A DNA stretch of 32,680 bases from an uncultured archaeon (GCA_964458565.1 CAYWJO010000039.1:1-32680), one strand, 5' to 3'; positions 17,963 to 28,349 are shown, counted from the first letter of the stretch. A program made the numbers and translations. Notes: a model not told the origin generated them from the letters alone.

Positions 17963-19033
17963 ATGTCTGTCATTAGTATTGACGGCGCCTACGGTGAAGG
18001 CGGCGGTCAAATCATTCGTTCAACTATTGCATTATCGGCTCTCACAATGAAACCAGTGATAATCAAAAATATCAGAGCTGGAAGACCACAACCAGGTCTT
18101 AAGAGACAACATATTGCGGGGGTAGAACTTACAGGAACTTTGGTGAATGCAGAGATATCCGGACTAGAGATAGGGAGTACTGATCTCAAGTTTGTTCCCA
18201 CGGAGAGGAGAGGGGGTCACTTCAAATATGATGTGGGGACAGCAGGTGCAATCTCATTAGTCCTTCAAGCGATACTTCCAGCAGCAGTTCTCTCCCCAGA
18301 AAAAGTCCATTTCAAGATAACAGGAGGTACAGATGTATCTTGGAGTCCTCCTATTGATTATATGAAGAATATTCTATCGCCGATGCTGAAGCAAGTTGGT
18401 TTGTCTGTTCACATCGATCAAGAGAAACGAGGCCATTATCCAAGAGGCGGCGGATTAGTAAACTGCTCAGTTGAAAGTACCACCGAAGTCACTCCTTTAT
18501 ATGCTGTTAAATTCGGGGAACTTGAAGAGATTAATGGGATATCTCACTGTGTTAGACTTCCAGCACATGTCGCATCAAGGCAAGCATCTGCAGCTAAAAC
18601 CGAGTTATCCGGAATTTCACCGATTGTTAAAATATATGAGGAAACATATCCAAAAGAGAGAGATACCCATTTAGGACCAGGTAGTGGGATTGTCTTGTGG
18701 GGAAAATCAGATAGTGGATTCCGAATTGGGGCGGACGCTCTTGGTGACAGAGGAAAACGGGCAGAGATTGTAGGAGAGGAGGCTGCACGGCAACTGAAGG
18801 ATGAGATTGGAGTGGGATATGCAATTGGATCTCATCTGAGCGATATGCTTGTCCCATTTTTAGCAATTGCTACGGGGATTAGCACCATTGGAATAACTAA
18901 GGTTACATCTCATCTTACTACTAACTTGTGGGTGAATGAGAGAATTTTAGGCGTTAAGACGCACCTCTCTGGGAAGATGGGCGAACCCGGAGTATTAGAA
19001 ATCGAGGGAGTCGGACTCACCTCTACTCAATGA
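17963..19033 (+). CDS. rtcA: RNA 3'-terminal phosphate cyclase
   Basis: IDGAYGEGGGQIIR, NIRAGR..PGLKRQH, TAGAISLVLQ, GGTDV.WSP, RGHYPRGGG, H..D, HL.TN. Confidence 0.95.
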   Translation: MSVISIDGAYGEGGGQIIRSTIALSALTMKPVIIKNIRAGRPQPGLKRQHIAGVELTGTLVNAEISGLEIGSTDLKFVPTERRGGHFKYDVGTAGAISLVLQAILPAAVLSPEKVHFKITGGTDVSWSPPIDYMKNILSPMLKQVGLSVHIDQEKRGHYPRGGGLVNCSVESTTEVTPLYAVKFGELEEINGISHCVRLPAHVASRQASAAKTELSGISPIVKIYEETYPKERDTHLGPGSGIVLWGKSDSGFRIGADALGDRGKRAEIVGEEAARQLKDEIGVGYAIGSHLSDMLVPFLAIATGISTIGITKVTSHLTTNLWVNERILGVKTHLSGKMGEPGVLEIEGVGLTSTQ

Positions 19034-20071
19034 AGAAAGATACTCATCTATTGCCTCTTTTGTTGGTGCAAGATCGACCTCATCAACGGCAGCAAGCATC
19101 AATTCGTCAACACCGATGCCCTCTACTGCGATGATTTCGAACGCATCTGGAATCCGTCTTCTAGCTTCTTCAAGCCTATCTGAAGGGGTGATATCTATTT
19201 TGTTGAACACTACCGGTGTAGGAACCAACGGAAACATTCGTCTAATCTCGTCATATAGTGCAATCTGTTCATTCAATGGCCAACCACATGCCTCTGATGG
19301 ATCTATCATAAAGATGATGACATGTGCGAGGTATTTGAGAGCTGCAATAGCCTCAAGCTCAATTTTATTCCTTTTCGACATTGGCCGATCAAGTAGTCCA
19401 GGAGTGTCTACAATCTGGACACTATGTTCCCGCACTTTCAGATGTCCTACAATGACCTTCCTTGTGGTGAAGGGATAATATGCAATCTCAGGTTCTGCAG
19501 TTGAAACTGCACGAACAAGAGTGGACTTTCCTACATTAGGAAATCCAGCACACACGACGGTTGGAGAGTTGGGAATAATTCCAGGAAGTTGGGACATCTT
19601 TATTTTTGCATCTATTATGAAGTCAATGTTCTTTGCGGTTGCTCTGAGAATTGAGGCGATTCTGCCTTTGGCCGCACTACGTGTACGTTTCATTTGTTTT
19701 GGATCAGTGCTCAGTTTAAGAGCTTGCAAGTGGTTATCTGTAATTTCGTCAATAGGAGGAATACTGTTGTATACTGCTCCTAAAGATTGTTTCAAACGAT
19801 CAAGACCAACTAGGACCTCGGTGAGTTCTAGATAGAATGGATGAAGCCGGTCAAGTGATGGAAAATCTTCTACTATAGATTTGAGTTTTAGTTTGACTTG
19901 CTTTACGAATTCTTGGAGACGCGTTATTTCACGGATTCGAGTTCGCTCATTCCTACTCAAACGCAAAGAGCTCTTCATGCTGATTGTTGTTGATTTATTA
20001 TGCGCAAACTCAATGATCTCCTCTGCAGTGAGAAGAGTTGGAATATTTACAAATGGATTGAGATTACGCAT
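18995..20071 (-). CDS. Nog1-family GTP-binding protein
   Basis: LHPFY, GFPNVGKS, YPFTT, DTPGLLDR, DPSEACG, NKID. Confidence 0.93.
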   Translation of the reverse strand: MRNLNPFVNIPTLLTAEEIIEFAHNKSTTISMKSSLRLSRNERTRIREITRLQEFVKQVKLKLKSIVEDFPSLDRLHPFYLELTEVLVGLDRLKQSLGAVYNSIPPIDEITDNHLQALKLSTDPKQMKRTRSAAKGRIASILRATAKNIDFIIDAKIKMSQLPGIIPNSPTVVCAGFPNVGKSTLVRAVSTAEPEIAYYPFTTRKVIVGHLKVREHSVQIVDTPGLLDRPMSKRNKIELEAIAALKYLAHVIIFMIDPSEACGWPLNEQIALYDEIRRMFPLVPTPVVFNKIDITPSDRLEEARRRIPDAFEIIAVEGIGVDELMLAAVDEVDLAPTKEAIDEYLSSLSRGESDSLDF

Positions 20072-20180
20072 GGATGGCCACATCTGTTGATTGAGTTATA
20101 TATGAACACTTCAAAATGCTAATAAACGAGTGGAATAGACCATATTTGTCGTTTAATAGCCAACGGAGATTTTAGATAAC

Positions 20181-20774
20181 ATGTCACTTCCTACCGGTGC
20201 CACAATTGTGGGTATAAAATGCGTTGACGGTGCAGTAGTTGCTACAGATTCACTAATTAGCTGGGGGACCATGGTCCTAAGCGAAAGTGGAATTAAAGCG
20301 TTCAAACTTACTGATACAATTGTATTAGCCTCCGCAGGGCTAACATCTGATTATCAGATGCTTGTGAATCGATTGAAAGCACAGATTAAGCTCTATGAGT
20401 TGAACCAAAAGAAGAAGATATCTGTAAAAGCACTCTCGAAGATTATCGCGAATACGCTCTACTCACGACGTCTTACACCTCTATATGTTCAGACAATTGT
20501 GGTGGGCAGTGATGCTGAGGGTCCGGCACTCTATACTCTGGACATGGGGGGTTCATTGATACCTGATGACTATACTGCTGCTGGAACTGGTACTCGTTCA
20601 GCATTTGGTGTGCTTGAAAATTACTACAAAGAGGGATTAACCGTAAAACAGGCTGAAGAAATTGCAATCAATGCGGTTAAGGCAGGTATTTCCAGAGATG
20701 TTCAATCCGGTGGTAGCATTCATATTATGAGCGTCACCAAAGATGGTGTAAGCGAACGAGTAGTTGACAACTAG
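20181..20774 (+). CDS. psmB: proteasome beta subunit (Ala at the catalytic Thr1 position)
   Basis: TG-ATIVGIKC.DGAVVATD, SAGLTSD.Q, LYTLD.GG, AAGTG, RD..SGG. Confidence 0.9.
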   Translation: MSLPTGATIVGIKCVDGAVVATDSLISWGTMVLSESGIKAFKLTDTIVLASAGLTSDYQMLVNRLKAQIKLYELNQKKKISVKALSKIIANTLYSRRLTPLYVQTIVVGSDAEGPALYTLDMGGSLIPDDYTAAGTGTRSAFGVLENYYKEGLTVKQAEEIAINAVKAGISRDVQSGGSIHIMSVTKDGVSERVVDN

Positions 20775-20787
20775 TGCGTGAGTCGAC

Positions 20788-22032
20788 TTGAACTCACATA
20801 CACTGGTCTTTAGAACCCATACAAGCTCAAGGTATAGCGTTGCTGCTTTGTTAGGTGCAGTGGAAACCGATTCCAGACTTGTTGAACTAGAGGTTAGTGC
20901 ACCAATTGACATGTCCAATGTGAATCTAAAGAAACTGACTGACGAAAGGCAGGTCATCCTCGCATATTCGATTATGAGTACACAAGCTGAATCTGTATAC
21001 AGTGAGGTAAAGCACATTCGCAAACGTTTTGGGACCCGAATAAAGGTAATCGGTGGTGGAGCCCATGCTAGCGCTAGACCCAGAGAATTGATTGAAAATG
21101 GATTTGACTATGTCGTTGTAGGAGAGGGTGAGCGTACTTTTCCGGATTTGTTGGACCAGCTGATTAACTATAAAGATCCCGAAGTAATGAAAGGTGTTGT
21201 ATCAGAACACACTGAAGATATCCCTGAACCCCGTTCATTAGTTCAGGTCAACCTAGATGATTACCCTCCCTTTGCATTGGGTATGAATGTCGTTGGTCCT
21301 ATTGAAGTAACTCGTGGATGTCCTTTCGGATGCAAATTCTGTTCAACACCTTTTCTCGCAGGAGCGAAAGTTAGACATCGGAGCGTTGATTCAATTGTTT
21401 ATTGGTTGACACGTGCGGTGGAGGAGAGAGGGTTTCGGAGAACATGGTTCTTATCACCGAATGCGCTCTGTTACGGTGGAAGAGGTAGGAAATCCGAGAA
21501 GGAAAAGCTTGAGATGCTTCTTAAGGCAGTGAGTTCAGTAAACGGCTTGGATGAAGTTTTCTTTGGGGCTTTTCCCTCAGAGGTTAGACCTGAATTTGTG
21601 ACTGAAGACATACTAGAGATGCTCCGTTTCTACGTTTCGAATAAGACTTTGCAGATTGGTATACAGTCAGGCAGTAATAGAGTGCTCGAGGTTGCTAATA
21701 GACAGCATTCAGTTGAAGATGGAGTTGAAGCAGTTAGAATTGCCCTAGAAACTGGTTTCATACCTCATGTAGACATGATATTTGGTCTACCTGGAGAAAG
21801 AAAAGAGGATGTGCAATCTAGTATAGAACTTTGCCAAAGAGTTCTTGATATGGGAGGAAAAATTCATGGGCATGTGTTTATGCCCCTACCCGGAAGTGAA
21901 TTTGAGAACAAACCTTCAGGAGTATTAGATCAAGATACGCGGAAGTTTTTGGGGGAACTTTCAAGGAAGAAACTTCTGACTGGTTCATGGAGCCATCAGG
22001 AACTCCTTGGAGAGCAGTTGCTGAAAAAATGA
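20788..22032 (+). CDS. B12-binding domain / radical SAM protein (TIGR04013, MJ1487-like)
   Basis: GGGAHAS, VVGEGE, IEVTRGCPFGCKFC, FPSEVRPE, IG.QSGS, H.FMPLPG. Confidence 0.88.
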   Translation: MNSHTLVFRTHTSSRYSVAALLGAVETDSRLVELEVSAPIDMSNVNLKKLTDERQVILAYSIMSTQAESVYSEVKHIRKRFGTRIKVIGGGAHASARPRELIENGFDYVVVGEGERTFPDLLDQLINYKDPEVMKGVVSEHTEDIPEPRSLVQVNLDDYPPFALGMNVVGPIEVTRGCPFGCKFCSTPFLAGAKVRHRSVDSIVYWLTRAVEERGFRRTWFLSPNALCYGGRGRKSEKEKLEMLLKAVSSVNGLDEVFFGAFPSEVRPEFVTEDILEMLRFYVSNKTLQIGIQSGSNRVLEVANRQHSVEDGVEAVRIALETGFIPHVDMIFGLPGERKEDVQSSIELCQRVLDMGGKIHGHVFMPLPGSEFENKPSGVLDQDTRKFLGELSRKKLLTGSWSHQELLGEQLLKK

Positions 22033-22085
22033 AATAAAATACGAACATTAGCAAATCCTGATAAGATAGCATAGTTGAGGCGTTT

Positions 22086-23066
22086 ATGGATATCAAATTG
22101 ACAGACCCTATGCACATTGCCCTCAGAGAGAAGCTTGAGACCCAAGGATATCATATACTGGGTGAAAGAGGGGCATACAAGGGATGTCAATGGCAAAAAA
22201 AGAGTCTGCTTCATAACGATGTATGCTATAAACAAAAATTCTATGGAATTCAGTCACATCGATGCCTCCAGATGACTCCAGTGGTCGATAAATGTACACA
22301 TAACTGCAAGTTCTGTTGGCGAGTTACACCATCAGATGTTGGAATAACTTGGAACCAAACAGATGTTATCAGAGAAGAATCGTATTCTCCAGAAGATTTG
22401 ATGAACGATACAATTGCAGCAAATATTAGGTCTCTTGGAGGATACAATCCAAAAGTGAATCATGGTGTGAGCGAAATCAAGTACGAAGAAGCACGAAATC
22501 CAAGACATGTAGCAATATCTCTTGCAGGTGAACCAACATTATATCCGCAATTGGATACTCTGATTAACGAAATTCATAGTAGAGGAATGACATCTTTTCT
22601 TGTAACAAATGGTACAAGACCAAATCTACTCAGCAATATGGTCCTACCAACGCAGCTATATGTCACATTAGCAGCACCAGATGAAGAGATTTACAAGAAG
22701 ATATGCAGACCTCTCGAAAGAAATAGTTGGGATAAATTGATGAATACCCTTGATATTTTCTCGTCACTATCATGTAGACGTGTGATTAGACTTACGATGG
22801 TTGCAGATAGGAATATGCAAAACCCTAGAGCATATGCAGAGATGATATTGAGAAGTGAAACAGATTTTGTTGAAGTAAAAGGTTACATGTTCATTGGTTC
22901 TAGTCGTAATAGACTAGCACGTTCAAATGCTCCATCGCATAGAGAGGTTAGATCATTTGCAGAAAAACTCTCTCAGTTAACAGGATATTTTATTGCCGAT
23001 GAGCAGGCAGAAAGCAGAGTAGTACTATTATCTCGCAGTAGAAACATAAACAGGATTGTAACATAG
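22086..23066 (+). CDS. taw1: 4-demethylwyosine synthase (Taw1/TYW1)
   Basis: CYKQKFYGIQSHRCLQMTP, CTHNCKFCWR, HVAISLAGEPTLYP, FLVTNG, VEVKGYM, ESRV. Confidence 0.95.
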   Translation: MDIKLTDPMHIALREKLETQGYHILGERGAYKGCQWQKKSLLHNDVCYKQKFYGIQSHRCLQMTPVVDKCTHNCKFCWRVTPSDVGITWNQTDVIREESYSPEDLMNDTIAANIRSLGGYNPKVNHGVSEIKYEEARNPRHVAISLAGEPTLYPQLDTLINEIHSRGMTSFLVTNGTRPNLLSNMVLPTQLYVTLAAPDEEIYKKICRPLERNSWDKLMNTLDIFSSLSCRRVIRLTMVADRNMQNPRAYAEMILRSETDFVEVKGYMFIGSSRNRLARSNAPSHREVRSFAEKLSQLTGYFIADEQAESRVVLLSRSRNINRIVT

Positions 23067-23081
23067 AGGATGGGTATACAA

Positions 23082-23711
23082 ATGGACTTAGAGAAATTAT
23101 TTAATCAATTCCGTGAAGAGATTGACTCTGATGATTTAATTCGAGAGCGAATCTTACCGATATCAAGAGAAGCAGTCAGAAAGTGTAGTGAGTCGATAAA
23201 ACACACTCATCGAAAGGAATTTGCTAAGGCGGAAACACTTCTGGATGATGCATATTCTTTAATCACAGAAGGTGAAAATGAACTAACCAAGAGCGAGTTT
23301 CTATTAAAATCAAGGATATTTGATATTGCATATCAGGAATTGACTGAAGCGGCCTATCTATTATCAATTATCCAATCGGGTCATTTGAAGATAAATGAAA
23401 AATACAACATCCCCTCGCGCCCATATATGACTGGGCTTGCTGACACTATAGGAGAACTTCGAAGATCGATACTTGATTCAATTCGAGCTGAAAGAATAGA
23501 ATCTGCTGAAAATCTCTTATCAATCATGGAAGAAATACTTGAGTCACTCGTCACCTTTGATTATCCAAATGCATTAATCCCGGATTTAAGAAGAAAATGT
23601 GATGTTGCTAGATCAATCGTAGAAAAAACCAGAGGCGATGTTACTACAGCCATACAGACCGCGAGATTGGTAAAGAAACTTGGAATATTGGATAAAGAGG
23701 GTCTGGATTGA
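23082..23711 (+). CDS. translin/TRAX (C3PO-like) family protein
   Basis: RE.IL..SRE, YQELTEA, YMTGLADTIGELRR, LRRKCD. Confidence 0.9.
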   Translation: MDLEKLFNQFREEIDSDDLIRERILPISREAVRKCSESIKHTHRKEFAKAETLLDDAYSLITEGENELTKSEFLLKSRIFDIAYQELTEAAYLLSIIQSGHLKINEKYNIPSRPYMTGLADTIGELRRSILDSIRAERIESAENLLSIMEEILESLVTFDYPNALIPDLRRKCDVARSIVEKTRGDVTTAIQTARLVKKLGILDKEGLD

Positions 23712-23736
23712 TGAGATTAGGAGATAGGAATTAACA

Positions 23737-24417
23737 ATGATCACACCAGAAACATGGTTCACATTATACTCGCTAGCTAAGAGAGGAGCGCTTCACAAGG
23801 CTATAACTTTGACAACTCGTGAACTTGGTGATACTCTGGGTATAAGTCAGCAAACAGCATCAAGACGTATTACAGAGTGTGTTGAAATGGGACTAATAGA
23901 TCGGAGCCACACAGCATCAGGAATGATGATTCAATTGACCGAAATTGGGAAGAATGAACTCTCATACGTATTGAAGGAACTAGAAATTGCCTTTATACCA
24001 CCTGAGGATGAAATTGTAATCAAGGGTATATTGGTAGAAGGAATTGGCGAAGGCGCCTACTATGTTGAAGCTTATGCAGATCGTTTCCAAAGGTCTCTTG
24101 GATTCAAGCCATTTCTAGGTACACTTAATGTGAAAATAAACAATGAAGAATCACGAAGAGCAATAAGTAAAATGAAACACACTCCACCATTGATTGTGAG
24201 TGGATTCACTGATGAGGGGAGAACTTTTGGTGATGTCATTTGTTATAGGGTGAAGGTGAACAGTAAAATGGAGGGTGCGGTAGTGATAGCTCAAAGAACT
24301 CATCATAGCCCAAACATACTTGAAATCATAGCCCCATTTAATATTCGGGAGAAACTAAAAGTAAAAAATGATGATGAAATCATCCTCACAATCGTACCAC
24401 TGCATCTGGCAACCTAA
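23737..24417 (+). CDS. ribK: CTP-dependent riboflavin kinase with N-terminal HTH (RbkR-type)
   Basis: ISQQTASR HTH, G.GEGAYY, LGFKPFLGTLN, RTHH, EIIAP. Confidence 0.93.
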   Translation: MITPETWFTLYSLAKRGALHKAITLTTRELGDTLGISQQTASRRITECVEMGLIDRSHTASGMMIQLTEIGKNELSYVLKELEIAFIPPEDEIVIKGILVEGIGEGAYYVEAYADRFQRSLGFKPFLGTLNVKINNEESRRAISKMKHTPPLIVSGFTDEGRTFGDVICYRVKVNSKMEGAVVIAQRTHHSPNILEIIAPFNIREKLKVKNDDEIILTIVPLHLAT

Positions 24418-25100
24418 AAACCATATTTTCCTGTAAGTGGAACGAAGGCTACGCCACCCCAGCGCCGTTCTGAAATGTTACCATCTTCATCCTTTCTGAG
24501 CATCATTAGTTCTTGGTAGAATCCTCTAGAACCAACGGGGATTAACATAATTCCAGGCGAAGCAAGCTGCTCAGTAAGAGGCGTGGGAATTTGAGGTGCA
24601 GCGGCAGCTACAAGGATTCTGTCAAAAGGAGCATGAGAGGGCAGACCGAGACCTCCATCTCCGTGAATTAAAGTAACTCTATCAGAATACCCTGCCCGTT
24701 CTAGGTTATTCCTTGCAAATTCAATAAGGCCTTCAATAATTTCGATAGTATAGATATGACCACGATTTGTCGAATCAATTGGGGCAACCATTTCAGCGCA
24801 GAGGGCAGCATGATACCCAGATCCAGCTCCAATTTCAAGAACTCTAAGACCCTCAATCAACTCAAGTCCTTCACACATTATCACACACATATGCGGTGCT
24901 GAAATGGTCTGACCAAGGCCAATAGATAAAGGGGAGTCTCGATAGGCATCGTTTCTGGAGCTATCGCGCACAAATTCCTCTCGTGGAACTGCTCTGAGCG
25001 CTCGTTCCATGGCTTCTGTTTTCAGATATCCGCGTTCTTTCAATCGACGAACAAGAGAGTCAACATCACGCTTCAATCCAAACGACGACATCCCAATCAC
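24414..25100 (-). CDS. pcm: protein-L-isoaspartate O-methyltransferase
   Basis: VPREEF, GQTISAPHM, VLEIGAGSGY, GDG..G, APFDRI, FVPL. Confidence 0.95.
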   Translation of the reverse strand: MIGMSSFGLKRDVDSLVRRLKERGYLKTEAMERALRAVPREEFVRDSSRNDAYRDSPLSIGLGQTISAPHMCVIMCEGLELIEGLRVLEIGAGSGYHAALCAEMVAPIDSTNRGHIYTIEIIEGLIEFARNNLERAGYSDRVTLIHGDGGLGLPSHAPFDRILVAAAAPQIPTPLTEQLASPGIMLIPVGSRGFYQELMMLRKDEDGNISERRWGGVAFVPLTGKYGF

Positions 25101-25137
25101 ATTAACAGATGTGGAGCATTGATAAAAGCATTGAGCT

Positions 25138-25575
25138 ATGAGTTATCTCATGTCAAGAGTCCAATTTACCGCATATGGCCACCATAATATCACAGGCAAA
25201 CATAGAACAACACTAGAAATAACAACAGAGGAGTATCTAACAAAAACAGGAACTTGTATCATAGGCATTAGTTCGGATAATAATCTAGCAATGCTAGATG
25301 ATGAGATCAGAAACCTTGCAAGAAACCCTGACACCATTATAATGTTGAGAATGAGTGTGAACGGAATTGTTGAGGAAATCAGAGGACATGGTAGTCCAGG
25401 TTTGAGCTATGAAAATAAGGTCAGCATGGTTGCACGCACAAGTGACTATGAATGTGATCGAACTCTTATGATAAGAGCAAACAAAGCAGCCTCGGATTTA
25501 AGTCGAGAGTTTATTGAAAATCTGAAAGAGGATGGTATCGCGATTGTGTGTGAATTAAGCTATTTTACACAATGA
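25138..25575 (+). CDS. DUF371 domain protein
   Basis: GHHNI...H.TTLEIT, GTCIIG, SMVARTS, RTLMIRANKAASDL. Confidence 0.88.
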   Translation: MSYLMSRVQFTAYGHHNITGKHRTTLEITTEEYLTKTGTCIIGISSDNNLAMLDDEIRNLARNPDTIIMLRMSVNGIVEEIRGHGSPGLSYENKVSMVARTSDYECDRTLMIRANKAASDLSREFIENLKEDGIAIVCELSYFTQ

Positions 25576-26626
25576 TGACATCAGCCACCATCTGCCATTC
25601 GTATGGTGCACTATCACGAATGCGACGTGTCAGTGAGATCTCAGCAACGTTATGGTCTGCATTCTCTACCAATTCATGTATTCGGTTTCGCAAGATGTCA
25701 TCTGGATTACTTCCCCCTATGAAGTCGTAATAGTGCAAAATACCAGATGGTTTGAGTGCGTTGCATGCTACAGTGATAAAATCCTCTGCACCTGATGGAT
25801 GATTCATTATGATTCGGTCTACGGAATGATCAAAATTGGTTGAGGTATATTCGTGGGCATCTGCAACAACCGGAGTAATTTCGCCAATCAACTTGTTTAA
25901 TGTCATACTCTTCTGCAAAAGAGAGATTGCATCGGGGTTGATGTCTATAGCTGTGATTTTCGCCTTACAACGTCTGGCAATATGTAGCGCAAAGGGACCT
26001 ACTCCTGTAAACATATCCACAACATGCTCATCCTCTTGTACCAAAGTAGATACTCGATTATGCTCTTCTAACAGACGAGGACTAAAATAGGCTTTTGAGA
26101 GATCAACTGCAATACGACACCCATATTCTGTATGTATTGTGGTGGTCTTGTCTTCACCCGCTATTAGATCATACTCTCGAATACGATTAGTACCTGATAT
26201 AGCTCCAAGTTTAGCAAGCACAGTACTGAAGTTTGTGTGTAGTTTCAAGAAGGCAGAACCAATCTTGAATCGATCTGAGAATATTTCATCAGGTATCTCA
26301 AGCACTGCGATATCGCCAATCAGATCATAAGCTCTTGGCAATAGTTTGAGCTCGGAATCATCGAGTTGTCCATGAAGAGCATCTTCCAAGCTCTTTGGGC
26401 CAAATAATACTCGCTCGAATGACATATTCCCGGTTTCATAGTCATACCTCTGGAGTAACGAGACGAGCGCAGCAGAATCTATATCCTCTGTTATCGGTAG
26501 AAATAGAAAATTCTCTATCGACGAAATTCTGTAATCAGTATCAAGTATTCCTGCTTCAAGGAGAATTCTCCTAACAGATTCACCAGATTCTGATTTAACA
26601 CGCACGTATTTTTTTTCGTCTGTCAT
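25565..26626 (-). CDS. trm5: Trm5-family tRNA (guanine37-N1) methyltransferase
   Basis: YDLIGDIA, T.HTEYG, YFSPRL..E, DMFTGVGPF, IDINP, DRIIMN.P, LHYY. Confidence 0.9.
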   Translation of the reverse strand: MTDEKKYVRVKSESGESVRRILLEAGILDTDYRISSIENFLFLPITEDIDSAALVSLLQRYDYETGNMSFERVLFGPKSLEDALHGQLDDSELKLLPRAYDLIGDIAVLEIPDEIFSDRFKIGSAFLKLHTNFSTVLAKLGAISGTNRIREYDLIAGEDKTTTIHTEYGCRIAVDLSKAYFSPRLLEEHNRVSTLVQEDEHVVDMFTGVGPFALHIARRCKAKITAIDINPDAISLLQKSMTLNKLIGEITPVVADAHEYTSTNFDHSVDRIIMNHPSGAEDFITVACNALKPSGILHYYDFIGGSNPDDILRNRIHELVENADHNVAEISLTRRIRDSAPYEWQMVADVIIV

Positions 26627-26674
26627 CAGATACCTAAACAGATGAAATGCCTAAGATAGTTGTGCTTCTCGGTC

Positions 26675-27733
26675 CTATTCAATTAGTCTGATGTATTCTT
26701 TACCAATTCCGCTCTTTGTACCAACCATTATTTGATAGAACGGACTTCTATTAGCAGAATTAGGTGTAACAACTCTTTGTACTGTGCCAAAAATCTGAAC
26801 TCGATCACCATCTCGAAGCATGCTGCGAAATGATCCATCATACATCATGATTCTTGTGACTTCGATGCCACCTAGTTCTTCAATGGGATTAGAATATCCG
26901 GTATAAATTGTGGGAAGAAAGATACCATAGTCGCAACCATCTATCCACATTTTGATGTCTATTGGTGAATCAGTCATTGTAATGTACTGCTCAGAACCAT
27001 ATTCTATTGGTGCCTCATACGGTAATAATACGGGCATGATTGTAACAAATTGGTCTTGCAGAATTAATTCGGTACGTCTTTTGTAAAGCCGTGTGAGGTC
27101 TTCTTGAGAGAGAAATGGAACCCTTGATTTTAGATGAGCCATAGTACTTGACCAGTCCACACCTCGCCTTATTCTGATGGTTGGTTCACTCTCATCTAAA
27201 AGCTCATGGTGCTTGTAAAGGTGCCAGGAATTATCGAAACCATAGATATTCATATTGATATCAGACCATTCTGGGTCATGTGCACCCCATGCAACACTAC
27301 CAGTGATTCCTAAACTTGAGAGAGGAACATCAAGACTCGTTTGGATTGCTTCAGCAAGAGTTACAATCATCTCTTCTATGGAATCGCTGGGACCTCGAGT
27401 CACAATCTCTCTGAGCCTTTCTTCAGGGTTAAAATACTTGGAAACATCGGTTTTTGGAACCTCAAGCAAGTTTGCACCGAAGTATGTATCTTTGTACATA
27501 TATTGGTCTGGAACTTTCTGTGTTCCCTCAACAACAGAGGTTATGCTGCCTGAAAACATTCGTTGGTATCGAGTCTGCCCAACTTTCCATTTTCCATCTT
27601 GACTTGGAATATATTTCAGATAGGATAGGATTCGATTGTCTGGTTGAATATATCCAAGTGTTACATATACTCGACCATCAATATCGTGAAAAACATCACG
27701 ATCACGAAATTGCTGCTTCAAGTAACCAGACAT
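26675..27733 (-). CDS. archaeal predicted nucleotidyltransferase (COG1665-like)
   Basis: RDRD, G..QP, YLKY.P, GITGS......SDIN.NIYG, C-terminal OB-like part. Confidence 0.75.
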   Translation of the reverse strand: MSGYLKQQFRDRDVFHDIDGRVYVTLGYIQPDNRILSYLKYIPSQDGKWKVGQTRYQRMFSGSITSVVEGTQKVPDQYMYKDTYFGANLLEVPKTDVSKYFNPEERLREIVTRGPSDSIEEMIVTLAEAIQTSLDVPLSSLGITGSVAWGAHDPEWSDINMNIYGFDNSWHLYKHHELLDESEPTIRIRRGVDWSSTMAHLKSRVPFLSQEDLTRLYKRRTELILQDQFVTIMPVLLPYEAPIEYGSEQYITMTDSPIDIKMWIDGCDYGIFLPTIYTGYSNPIEELGGIEVTRIMMYDGSFRSMLRDGDRVQIFGTVQRVVTPNSANRSPFYQIMVGTKSGIGKEYIRLIE

Positions 27734-28028
27734 TCAGAGCACATATTTCTAGCATCTTCAAGATGATATGTGTCTTATCTTTGGTCATTGCTCAAAACGG
27801 ACCTTACAATTGTAAGGAATCATCATAAGAGTGGGTCATAGTCTGCTTTGAAGAACTTGGATTTTTATCCAGAGCCGCACCAGTTCCCCTGTCAGTCCCG
27901 TCGCAGACCATTGACCCTTGGAAGAAATGAGAAACATACTTCACACTGAAGTACCTCTTCCTCTTCATAATATAATTCAGACCAATTGAATTTAAACAAC
28001 CCAAGAAAGAACCTAATATTCCTCAGTT

Positions 28029-28349
28029 CTAAAACTCAATATCCCCATAGCGCTCGATATTACGTACTCTTACCATTGTGGTGTAATAGTCCTCGTAGAG
28101 CTCTAGGTGCTTTTTACAGACAAAGCTCTCAAGACATTCATCATTCTCCTCAAATGCATGGACACAGTTCCAACAGAGTTTTGATCGATAACAATCTGGT
28201 GACAATGCTGACCCATGAAGTTCGTATATAGAGCTTCGTTCTCTGACTATAGATCCGATTATACACCCCTCTATTTGACCTAAGACTGCCTTCACAAACC
28301 AGTTAACATTCTGAGTGTGTGTGGTTTTTTGTGTTTGCTCCTCTTTCAT
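28029..28349 (-). CDS. small Cys-rich hypothetical protein
   Basis: 106 aa, C..C...C, CWNC, C....CKKH. Confidence 0.5.
   Translation of the reverse strand: MKEEQTQKTTHTQNVNWFVKAVLGQIEGCIIGSIVRERSSIYELHGSALSPDCYRSKLCWNCVHAFEENDECLESFVCKKHLELYEDYYTTMVRVRNIERYGDIEF

Noticed and set aside
18995-19033. 39-bp convergent overlap of rtcA and the Nog1 GTPase
   Set aside because: Short tail-to-tail overlaps are ordinary in compact archaeal genomes.
27804-28004. 66-aa minus-strand ORF
   Set aside because: No motif or clear start signal, so it cannot be supported.
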